From Chitinophagales bacterium (lineage in GTDB: Bacteria; Bacteroidota; Bacteroidia; Chitinophagales; UBA10324): a stretch of DNA of 64,000 nt. The stretch spans positions 378,516-442,515 of the forward strand of contig JAIBAY010000004.1 in assembly GCA_019694975.1 (NCBI GenBank), in the 5' to 3' direction. The number at the start of each line of letters is the position of its first letter. Position 1 is the stretch's first letter. A program made the translations under genes and the position numbers. Under the pieces are notes generated by a model. That model did no database searches. It was not told the origin of the DNA and saw only the letters and a list, made by a program, of their open reading frames with translations. This document shows positions 8,330-19,609 of this stretch, in pieces.

Positions 8330-9432
8330 TGAGTGTTCAATATTGAATATTCATTACTGAATATTGAAAAAATCAATACTCAATATCCAACGCCCAATAT
8401 TCAATAACCAATGTAGGTTCTTGCCCAGGGCCGGCGTCCTCGCCGAGCTAGATGCAAGCATTACTATTCAAGTAATGTAAATGATTAGCGAGGAAGCCAA
8501 CGACTGGCAACAATTGGATATTGAATATTGAATATTCATTATTGAATATTGAAAAAATCAATACTCAATATCCAACACCCAATATTCAATAATCAAGGTA
8601 GGTTCTTGCCCAAGGTCGGCGTCCTCGCCGAACAAACTGCAAGCTGTATCAGTTATGAAATGTAAATGATTAGCGAGGAAGCCAACGACTGGCAACAATT
8701 GGATATTGAATATTGAATATTCATTATTGAATATTGAAAAAATCAATACTCAATATCCAACACTCAATATTCAATAATCAATGTAGGTTCTTGCCCAAGG
8801 TCGGCGTCTTCTCTGATCTAACGGCAAGCGGTATTAGTCTTTGAATTCAAATGTTTGACTAAGAAGCCAACGACTGGCAACAATTGGATGTTGAATATTC
8901 ATTACTGAATATTGAAAAAACCAACACTCAATATCCAACACCCAATATTCAATAATCAATGTTGGCACTTGCCCAAGATCGGTGTCTTCTCTGATCTAAC
9001 GGCAAGCGGTATTAGTCTTTGAATTCAAATGTTTGACAAAGAAGCCAACGACTGGCAACAATTGAATATTGAATATTCATTATTGAATATTAAAAAAATA
9101 AATACTCAATATCCAACACCCAATATTCAATAATCAATGTTGGCACTTGCCCAAGATCGGTGTCTTCTCTGATCTAACGGCAAGCGGTATTAGTCTTTGA
9201 ATTCAAATGTTTGACAAAGAAGCCAACGACTGGCAACAATTGGATGTTGAATATTGAATATTCATTACTGAATATTGAAAAAATCAATACTCAATATTCA
9301 ACACTCAAGATTCAATAACCAATGTTGGCACTTGCCCAATGTCGGCGTCCTCGCCGAACATTGGATATTGAATATTCATTACTGAATATTGAAAAAATCA
9401 ATACTCAATATCCAACACTCAATATCCAATTT
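8330..9432. repeat. Tandem array of ~7 structured units (period ~177-186 bp, last unit ~114 bp): family-1 hairpin plus a ~110-bp multi-hairpin spacer module
   Basis: The hairpin loops GAAAAAATC recur at about 8366, 8551, 8736, 8914, 9091, 9277 and 9391. The spacer modules of units 4 and 5 are identical. Units 1-2 and units 3-5 carry different sequences that keep the same stems (TCGGCG..CGCCGA versus AGATC..GATCT). Confidence 0.85.
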
Positions 9433-9681
9433 TCTGCTTTTGAAAGAAGTCGGTGGTTAGTATTCTTTGCACATCTGCCGGCTATGGAATAGCAATATCG
9501 GGTGAGTGTGCCCGGCGAGGGCATTGATTTATTCAATCCTTTTTGTTCTTTTTTGCCGCTAACTTGATATTGCTGTATCACAAAGCATTGGGAAGCCGGA
9601 AGATGCATTTTGTAGTTTCAAATATTACAATCTGATAGTCAATCACTTATATCGGTCAGAATATTTTTTTTAAGCGCATAG

Positions 9682-9711
9682 TTGTAACTTCAGAAAATGA
9701 CTTTACCTTTG
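9682..9711 (+). promoter_or_regulatory. candidate Bacteroidota sigma-A promoter for the 23S-5S unit
   Basis: TACCTTTG (9704-9711) fits the -7 consensus TAnnTTTG. GTTG at 9681-9684 lies 19 nt upstream, in the position of the -33 TTTG element. The site is about 240 nt upstream of 23S. Confidence 0.35.
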
Positions 9712-9868
9712 TGTCCCGCTTTTGAAAAAGCACCCCCTTAAAAGTTCCTTTAAAACAACTGATTCTCCTCTGTATAAAAGCAGGAGTATTGCCTTGAACG
9801 GCTGATCGGTTACCGGTTCAGTGATGCCTCAGCAGATAAGCTCATCTGTGTTGACGCAAGCTGAATAA

Positions 9869-9900
9869 TGTTCTTTGACATATTGAAACGGAAGTACAAT
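9869..9900 (+). promoter_or_regulatory. rrn leader: boxA-like element and 5' strand of the 23S processing stem
   Basis: TGTTCTTTGACAT resembles boxA (TGCTCTTTAACAA). TGACATATTGAAACGGAAGTACAAT (9877-9900) is complementary to ATTGTATTTCCGTTTTTCAATATTGTCA (12869-12896) just 3' of 23S. Confidence 0.6.
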
Positions 9901-9949
9901 TAATTAAAAATCATTAACAATACTCAAAATCGAGTGCGAGATATTGAAG

Positions 9950-12846
<2,897 letters not shown>

Positions 12847-12868
12847 TCTATTTTTTTATTTTTCTTTG

Positions 12869-12896
12869 ATTGTATTTCCGTTTTTCAATATTGTCA
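12869..12896 (+). other. 3' strand of the 23S processing stem
   Basis: Complementary to 9877-9900 (see the leader feature). This is the typical RNase III-type stem that encloses 23S. Confidence 0.55.
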
Positions 12897-12977
12897 CGAT
12901 TTATTAAGTCTGAAGTTGTCAGTCCTTGGTCGTTAGTTTTCTTTCACTAAGTGTTGCTGCTTCTCACTAAAGATTTT

Positions 12978-13087
<110 letters not shown>

Positions 13088-13092
13088 TCCTA

Positions 13093-13127
13093 AACCCTCA
13101 ACCTGAAAAGGTTGGGGGTTTTTTTAT
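13093..13127 (+). terminator. rho-independent terminator of the rrn unit
   Basis: AACCCTCAACC-TGAAAA-GGTTGGGGG followed by a T-run, immediately after 5S. Confidence 0.8.
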
Positions 13128-13412
13128 TTAGAGCGAAGAAGGATGAATATGTATGCGGTTGGTAGAATATTATTGCCCGATCAAGTTTTTTCATAGGGAC
13201 TGCTTTAGGGAGAAGGACCCAAATTGCTTTCAACTTCTGATTCTGCCGGCCTGTGAATGGCCGAAGCTTTGTTGCAACTATTCGGGATGATTCCGTATTA
13301 TTCCATGAGCCATAATATTTCAAAATAAGCTGCACGGCAATTGTAAAATAATATCAGATGCTTTTTTACATTTGATCTGTATATCTATTTCTTAACTTAT
13401 AAAATTTCTTAT

Positions 13413-14657
13413 ATGAAACTCAGCAACAGACTATCCTGTTTCACCGTACTCCTTCTTTTACTATTTGCCGGCAGCACATTCGCCCTGGATAATTTTATCA
13501 AGGGGTATGTTGTTTTGAATTCCGGCGATACTTTGCACGGACTGATTGAAGATGAAGAATGGAAAGTCAACCCCAGCCTCATCTACTTTAAGGATTCAGC
13601 AACTGCGGAACCAACTATCTTCTCGCCCCTGCAAATCTCCATGTTCAGGCTGGAAAAAGGCAACTGGTATGTAAGTTATTCCGGTCTGGTGGATGCAACA
13701 TCGCTGGAAGTAAGCAAGTTGACCTACCATCCCAAACCTTATTATATCCGCGATACATTTTTTCTGCGTGTGCTGGAAGCTGGCGCGGCCTTTCTTTATT
13801 ATGGCCGTGATATCAGGGAGCGGGATCACTTTTTCATCAGCAAGCCGGGTGATACCCTTGCGGAATTGCAATACAACCGTTATCTCGTGGGTGATGCTGA
13901 TGGAACGCATACGAGGGCGAATGAAGGATATCGCTTGCAGCTGATGAACCTCATCTCCGATTGTGCAAGCCTGGCGGAAAAATTTATGACGTTGCCACTG
14001 GAATACAATAAGGCATCATTTGTATCACTCGTGCAGTCGTACAATCAATGTGAAGGAAGGCATGCTGAATATTCTGAACCTAAGGAAAACTGGACCTTTG
14101 AGTTTTTTGCCATTGCAGGAATCAATACCAGTAAGCTGCGGTTTCACGATAACACCGGCTACTACCTCACTTCGGCGAAAATGGAACGATCATTCGGCTA
14201 TATGGCTGGTGTTGAATTGAATGCGATTACGCCGAGAAACAATAAGAGATGGTCGATCAACAATAAACTTTTCCTGAAGAATTACAAAGCATACGGCAAC
14301 ATCGCGGCTGACAATGAACCGGAAAATTCAATCTACATCGACTTTCTGTATCTTAAGTTAGCCACCACCATGCAGTATGCTTCCCTGAATACACGTGTGA
14401 AGCCATTTTTCGGATTAGGCATGACAAACGCTGTTGCCCTGAAGGATGTTAACACAAGAACATACAGTAACGGCAACGTGCTCCATCTTTTTAATGATGC
14501 CAGGAATTATGAGTTTGGCCTCCTGCTGGAAGGAGGACTTTCCATGAAAAAATTTTTGGTTACCGGCATGTTTGAACTATCCAATGGCATGACACCATTA
14601 GCCAATGTGCTGACCAGGGTGACTACCCTGTATCTGGCAGCGGGATATAAATTTTAG
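13413..14657 (+). CDS. putative outer-membrane beta-barrel protein with a conserved N-terminal domain (paralog of 45751..47115)
   Basis: 414 aa with a signal peptide (LLLLFAGSTFA). The C-terminal half has alternating beta-strand character and ends LYLAAGYKF. The N-terminal GYVVLNSGDTLHGLIEDEEW is shared with the paralog. Confidence 0.6.
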   Translation: MKLSNRLSCFTVLLLLLFAGSTFALDNFIKGYVVLNSGDTLHGLIEDEEWKVNPSLIYFKDSATAEPTIFSPLQISMFRLEKGNWYVSYSGLVDATSLEVSKLTYHPKPYYIRDTFFLRVLEAGAAFLYYGRDIRERDHFFISKPGDTLAELQYNRYLVGDADGTHTRANEGYRLQLMNLISDCASLAEKFMTLPLEYNKASFVSLVQSYNQCEGRHAEYSEPKENWTFEFFAIAGINTSKLRFHDNTGYYLTSAKMERSFGYMAGVELNAITPRNNKRWSINNKLFLKNYKAYGNIAADNEPENSIYIDFLYLKLATTMQYASLNTRVKPFFGLGMTNAVALKDVNTRTYSNGNVLHLFNDARNYEFGLLLEGGLSMKKFLVTGMFELSNGMTPLANVLTRVTTLYLAAGYKF

Positions 14658-14722
14658 CAGGGCAACCTGTTGCAAGCAGCCGGAGTTCTTCACCCGTATT
14701 AATAATTTTGATTTACAACAGG

Positions 14723-14757
14723 AGAAATGCAACGGAAAACCTCCGCTGCATTTTTCA
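14723..14757. terminator. possible bidirectional terminator hairpin between convergent genes
   Basis: AAATGCAACGG-AAAACCT-CCGCTGCATTTTT (one mismatch), flanked by A and T runs. Confidence 0.45.
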
Positions 14758-14848
14758 TTGCCCGCTGAGACTGATTACATTTTTGGCGTATGAATTTTAT
14801 GCATAGCAGATAGTCGGCAAAATACCAGGAAGAAGATTTACTGTTGGT

Positions 14849-15694
14849 TCATTCAATCCTTTTTCTGAATGCTGCAGGAGTGAACGCTTTTTTTCTCCTG
14901 AAAACGCGGTTGAAGTAAGTAATGCTTTCGAAACCGCATAACCCTGCAATTGTGGCGACCGTGCGATCGGTTTCCGTCAGCAAAGTACAAGCCTGCGCAA
15001 TTCTGATCTCATTCACATAGTCAGAATAAGTCTTTCCGGTTGTCCGTTTGAAAAATTTGCAGAACGCGCTGGATGAAAGATGGATAAGTTTCGCAGCATC
15101 TTTTAATGAAATTTTTTTTGCGAAGTTCCGGTTCACATATTGGCAAACCTGGTTGATGCGGCTTTCATTTTCAGCTCCTTTAACAGAAATGAAATAGCCG
15201 GAAGAAAGAGGCTGCGATCTGAGACCTGAGAGTAAACTGAGCAAATGCAACAAACGAATTATCCGCTGCGGACCGTTAGCTGCTGTGAGTGATTTGAGTT
15301 CGAGTATAGCTTCAGTTGTATCCTTTTTAAAATGCAATCCTCTCTTGCTATCCGTTAATAATTTTTTTATACCTCTAAATTCTGATAACTCCATGAATGG
15401 TTTCATCAGTTCATCAGCAAACTGAACCACTGTTGCGGTACTTTTCTTCTTTTGATTCATTGGAACACTTTCCCAGGTGTGCGGCAATCCAGGTCCCAGC
15501 AAAACCAAATCACCGGATTCAAAATTTTTCAGGCTGTCGCCCACCAATCGCTTACCGTGGCCGCTTTCAATCAGCGTGACCTCATACTCGGGATGATAGT
15601 GCCATCTGAATGGAAATCCCGCGATCGTGAAGCGGAAGGCAATAACGGACTGCATCCCTTTTTTTACCTTGATATCCTCAAAACTGGCTTTCAT
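14849..15694 (-). CDS. AraC family transcriptional regulator (cupin sensor + HTH)
   Basis: 281 aa. It has an N-terminal cupin (FRWHYHPEYEVTLIESGHG) and a C-terminal AraC HTH (ATIAGLCGFESITYFNRVFRRKKAFTPAAFR). It is divergent from the PhyH operon. Confidence 0.88.
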   Translation of the reverse strand: MKASFEDIKVKKGMQSVIAFRFTIAGFPFRWHYHPEYEVTLIESGHGKRLVGDSLKNFESGDLVLLGPGLPHTWESVPMNQKKKSTATVVQFADELMKPFMELSEFRGIKKLLTDSKRGLHFKKDTTEAILELKSLTAANGPQRIIRLLHLLSLLSGLRSQPLSSGYFISVKGAENESRINQVCQYVNRNFAKKISLKDAAKLIHLSSSAFCKFFKRTTGKTYSDYVNEIRIAQACTLLTETDRTVATIAGLCGFESITYFNRVFRRKKAFTPAAFRKRIE

Positions 15695-15823
15695 GCTGCA
15701 CTATATTTTCTTGAATATAGCTATAAAATTACCAGTATTGTCAATATAGTGCCAATATTTGCTGCTATCGTGTTGTCCGGCTACGGGAATTTCTGCAATT
15801 TTTGTATTCAATTAAAACTGCTT

Positions 15824-16660
15824 ATGAACAACATCACACCTGCACTCTCACTAAAATGGAATAAACCATATTCCATTAGCAATGAGCAAATCAACTTTTT
15901 TAAAAAGAATGGATTCATTAAACTCAAAAATGTATTTACGCCTGAAGAGCTTCATTATATGGATGCGGTCATCACTCAGCAGGTTGACCGTTTGAATACA
16001 GAACGAAAATCTTTACAGGAGCGCGACACTTATGGTAAAGCATTCCTGCAGATTATGAATATCTGGACACAGTCTGATACCGTAAAGGAAATTGTTTTCA
16101 GCAAACGGATAGCAAAGATTGCGGCGAATCTGATGGAAGTTGCCGGCACGCGCCTCTACCACGATCAGGCCTTGTTTAAGGAGCCGGGCGGAGGCCACAC
16201 GCCCTGGCATGCTGATCAGTTCTACTGGCCACTGGAAACCGACAGAACCATCACTGCCTGGATTCCACTGCAGGAAACACCGCTGGAAATGGGACCACTT
16301 GAATTTGCGGCACAAAGCTATAAACTCATTGCTGGGCGTGAACTGATGATCAGCGATGAAAGTCAGGAAAAGTTAGATGGTAACCTGAAAATAAACAACT
16401 TCCCGCACATCATCGAGCCATTTGAAGCAGGTGAAGTAAGCTTTCATTCCGGATGGCTATTTCATCGTGCAGGCGCAAATAAAAGTGGTCAGATGCGCAA
16501 GGTGATGACCATGATTTATATGGATCAGGAAATGAAACTGAAAAAGCCTGAAAATGAAAATCAGGTCAACGACTGGCATCGATGGTGCCCCGGAGCTGAA
16601 GTTGGTAAAGTGATCAACACACAGTTAAACCCTGTTCTTTATTCCCGCAATGAAGATTAA
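15824..16660 (+). CDS. phytanoyl-CoA dioxygenase (PhyH) family Fe(II)/2-oxoglutarate oxygenase
   Basis: Start taken at ATG 15824 (MNNITPALS); the longer ORF from 15452 overlaps the AraC gene. It has an HxD motif (TPWHADQFYW) and a distal His (SFHSGWLFHRAGAN). Confidence 0.8.
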   Translation: MNNITPALSLKWNKPYSISNEQINFFKKNGFIKLKNVFTPEELHYMDAVITQQVDRLNTERKSLQERDTYGKAFLQIMNIWTQSDTVKEIVFSKRIAKIAANLMEVAGTRLYHDQALFKEPGGGHTPWHADQFYWPLETDRTITAWIPLQETPLEMGPLEFAAQSYKLIAGRELMISDESQEKLDGNLKINNFPHIIEPFEAGEVSFHSGWLFHRAGANKSGQMRKVMTMIYMDQEMKLKKPENENQVNDWHRWCPGAEVGKVINTQLNPVLYSRNED

Positions 16661-17483
16661 GTTCATATGCCCGTTTTGGGGTCAGGAACACCTGGATGCA
16701 GCAACCTTTGTTGCTAAGGTAATTGACCATGGATTTGATGGTATTGAAATCAATCTGCCTGTTGAAGGTTCTTTTACCCATCAGTTTTTGAAGGCGATTG
16801 AAAATGTTCGCATAACCAATCCGGAATTTATTTTCATTGCACAGGCAATGGTTACGGAAGATATTCTTGAGTTCACTGATCACCGCAGCAGCCTCGAAAG
16901 CAGATTGCAACAGCTCGTCAGTTTCCGGCCTGGCTTCATCAATGCACACACGGGCAAAGACCATTATTCATTTGACGACAATTGCAGGATCATTGAGTCC
17001 TGTATGAATATCAGTGTAAAATCAAACATCAGTATTTTGCACGAAACACATCGTGGAAGATTTTCATTTCATACAGCCACACTCATTCCATATCTGGAAA
17101 AATTTCCCGGGATAGCATTAACAGGTGACCTTTCCCATTTTTGTGTGGTTTCGGAGAACCTGTTACAAGATCAGCAGTCACTGTTACAAAAGATCTACCC
17201 TCATATCCAACATCTTCATGCACGGGTTGGGCAAGAACAGTCACCACAGGTGAATGATCCGTTTGCTCCTGCATGGAGAGGTCATCTTAAAGTGTTTTTG
17301 GATTGGTGGAATGAAATCATCCGCTGTAAAATTCAGGAGGGCAATGAAATGTTTACTGTTTGTCCTGAGTTTGGTCCGGCTCCTTACCTGCCCGATGATT
17401 CAGCCATACAACAACCAAGCGCTTATCAATGGAACATGAATGTTGTCATGAAAAATTTTCTCCAGGAATATTTATTAGTATGA
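16650..17483 (+). CDS. xylose-isomerase-like TIM-barrel protein (sugar phosphate isomerase/epimerase family)
   Basis: 277 aa with FDGIEINLP and HARVG-type motifs. It overlaps the PhyH stop by 11 nt, and its stop overlaps the next start (ATGA). Confidence 0.6.
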   Translation: MKIKFICPFWGQEHLDAATFVAKVIDHGFDGIEINLPVEGSFTHQFLKAIENVRITNPEFIFIAQAMVTEDILEFTDHRSSLESRLQQLVSFRPGFINAHTGKDHYSFDDNCRIIESCMNISVKSNISILHETHRGRFSFHTATLIPYLEKFPGIALTGDLSHFCVVSENLLQDQQSLLQKIYPHIQHLHARVGQEQSPQVNDPFAPAWRGHLKVFLDWWNEIIRCKIQEGNEMFTVCPEFGPAPYLPDDSAIQQPSAYQWNMNVVMKNFLQEYLLV

Positions 17484-19465
17484 ACCATACATTATTACAA
17501 TTATTTGTGTACACGATTGCAATTTTTCTGTTATCGTTCAAACCATGCTCTGCACAGTCTATGACGAGCGATCCGTTTAAAAAAATAAAGCCTGTTCCCG
17601 AACAGTTTCAGCAATTGCCACTCAATGCAGTCAGGCCAACAGGCTGGCTGCTGATGCAGTTACGGGAAAACCTTAATGGCTTCACCGGCTATCTGGATGA
17701 GTTAGCTCCCGATCTGTTAGTAAAAGATGATATCTACGGAACAGACCGCTTAACGAAGCATGTGGAAAGTAAAGATGTGGGAGCTGTTGCAGAGGGTGGC
17801 GACTGGCAGGTGCAGTTTCTGTGGTGGAACAGTGAAACACAGAGTAACTGGTGGGATGGTTATATCAGGACAGCTGTGTTATTGAATGATTCCGCAGCGC
17901 TTGATAAGGCCCAAAAATATATTGATAGAATTTTAAGTACGCAGGATGCAGATGGATATCTTGGAATCTACGATAAGGAATTGCGTTACCATTTCGACAA
18001 TGAAAATGGAGAGCTGTGGTCGAAAGCTACGTTGCTGAGAGGGCTGCTCGGATGGTATGAATACACTAATGACCCGGAAATATTGAAAGCCATACAACGT
18101 GCAATTGACAATGTGATCGCCAATTATCCGGTTAATCAATCTCATCCTTTTTACTCCGTGAATCCAAATGCAGGCGGGCTTACCCATGGCCTTGCTTTTA
18201 CTGATGTGCTTGAAAAATTATATCAGCATACAGTCAATCCGCAATATCTGGACTACTGTCTTTTCCTGTATAAGGATTTTTCTCAACAAAATTTAAATGA
18301 AGATGCGCAGTATAAAAAGCTTATCGACGGTGCGCTTCCGCTGCAGGGGCACGGAGTGCATACCTATGAACACCTGCGCTCAGTTGCAGCAGCATATTAT
18401 GCGTCCGGAAATGACGATTTGAAATTTGCCATGAATGAATTTCTCAAAAAAATTGCTGCCTGTATCACCCCATCAGGCGCACCTGTCGGCGATGAATATA
18501 TTGCCGGCAGAAAGGCAGATCCGCTCAATACCGGTTATGAGTATTGTTCTTTGCATGAGTTGCTGCAGGCCTATACCAGCCTGTTGGCTAAAACTGGTGA
18601 AGCATCTTATGGCGATAAAACAGAACAGCTGTTTTTTAATGCGGCTCAGGGGGCAAGATATCCTGACGGGAATTCCATTTGTTATCTGAAGACGGACAAT
18701 TGCTATTATCTGACCGGTGGCATGAATGGTGATACAACCAACAAAAAGCAAACGAGATACCGTTACTCACCGGTGCACAAAGAGGCAGCGGTTTGCTGTG
18801 TACCGAATGCAGGCAGGATCGGACCGGCTTACATTCAAAGTATGTGGATGAGAAATGCAGATGAACTGGTTGCAACTTTGCTTGGCCCTTGTGAAGTGAC
18901 GGCGAGTGTGAAGGGTCAGCAGGTGCTGATCCAGGAAATCACCAACTATCCTTTCGACAACGGCATCACATTTAGAATCAAAACAAAACAACCTATATAC
19001 TTCACACTAAAAATCAGAAAACCTGTATGGGCATCGAAATTTGCCTGCCCGGTAAAACATCAATTGAAGGATGATTACATCGTAATCAGGAAAGAATGGA
19101 ATGACGGAGATACCTTCACCATTCATTTTGATTCATCTGTTATTACCGAAACAGCATCCAACGGTGAGTACTTCTTCAGGTATGGTGCACTTGTGCTTGC
19201 GCATCCAATTACGGCTGCAGAAAGGATAACGAAACGATTTCCGGTTGGCGGGTTTACTGAATTTACCTGCACGCCGGATCAGCTTACTATTTATCAATAT
19301 ATAGAAAACAGCACTGTCCGGCCGGCTGCATCAGGTGACCTTCGCAGCGAGTTGACATTCCGGACTACGCTGTTCAATCCGGCAACCGGTTTGGAAGAAG
19401 AACTGGATTTGAAACCCATGTCGAAAACCACTTTAAGGCAGGTGACTTACAAGAGGAAAGAATAG
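17480..19465 (+). CDS. GH127-like (DUF1680) beta-L-arabinofuranosidase family protein, secreted
   Basis: Start at MNHTLLQLFVYTIAIFLLSFKPCSAQ (signal peptide). It has a GYEYCSLHE motif (E-x-C) and KEAAVCCVPNAGR (Cys-Cys), which match the Zn/Cys catalytic arrangement of GH127. Confidence 0.7.
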   Translation: MNHTLLQLFVYTIAIFLLSFKPCSAQSMTSDPFKKIKPVPEQFQQLPLNAVRPTGWLLMQLRENLNGFTGYLDELAPDLLVKDDIYGTDRLTKHVESKDVGAVAEGGDWQVQFLWWNSETQSNWWDGYIRTAVLLNDSAALDKAQKYIDRILSTQDADGYLGIYDKELRYHFDNENGELWSKATLLRGLLGWYEYTNDPEILKAIQRAIDNVIANYPVNQSHPFYSVNPNAGGLTHGLAFTDVLEKLYQHTVNPQYLDYCLFLYKDFSQQNLNEDAQYKKLIDGALPLQGHGVHTYEHLRSVAAAYYASGNDDLKFAMNEFLKKIAACITPSGAPVGDEYIAGRKADPLNTGYEYCSLHELLQAYTSLLAKTGEASYGDKTEQLFFNAAQGARYPDGNSICYLKTDNCYYLTGGMNGDTTNKKQTRYRYSPVHKEAAVCCVPNAGRIGPAYIQSMWMRNADELVATLLGPCEVTASVKGQQVLIQEITNYPFDNGITFRIKTKQPIYFTLKIRKPVWASKFACPVKHQLKDDYIVIRKEWNDGDTFTIHFDSSVITETASNGEYFFRYGALVLAHPITAAERITKRFPVGGFTEFTCTPDQLTIYQYIENSTVRPAASGDLRSELTFRTTLFNPATGLEEELDLKPMSKTTLRQVTYKRKE

Positions 19466-19609
19466 TTACAGTTCAACTTTATGATAGTGAATTGCGATCA
19501 GTAAGTTGGTATTTCCCTGCAATCGTTCAATTTTTCATTGCATATTTTTTAATCTGTAAAGCTTCTGAAGAACTTAACATCTTGCTTTTTGGGTAAGAAA
19601 TGAACTGGT

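Noticed and set aside
8330-9432. A CRISPR array, suggested by regularly spaced hairpin repeats with intervening sequence.
   Set aside because: The 'spacers' are themselves homologous to one another (units 4 and 5 are identical) and highly structured. The period of ~180 bp is far from CRISPR geometry, and no cas genes are in the window. This is a tandem satellite/BIME-like array.
8286-9949. A 16S rRNA gene, tRNA-Ile/tRNA-Ala or degraded remnants upstream of 23S.
   Set aside because: I could not find any universal 16S blocks or tRNA T-arm (GGTTCGAATCC-like) or cloverleaf signatures by eye. The interval is fully accounted for by the tandem array plus a unique leader. The absence should still be confirmed with Infernal and tRNAscan-SE.
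13090-13335. An 81-aa minus-strand ORF immediately after 5S rRNA.
   Set aside because: It overlaps the 5S 3' end and the rrn terminator hairpin. It has no motif or plausible start context, so it is likely a chance ORF in an AT-rich spacer.
15452-15823. A 124-codon N-terminal extension of the PhyH ORF.
   Set aside because: The extension overlaps the AraC gene on the opposite strand and the divergent promoter gap. The PhyH homology begins only after the internal Met at 15824.
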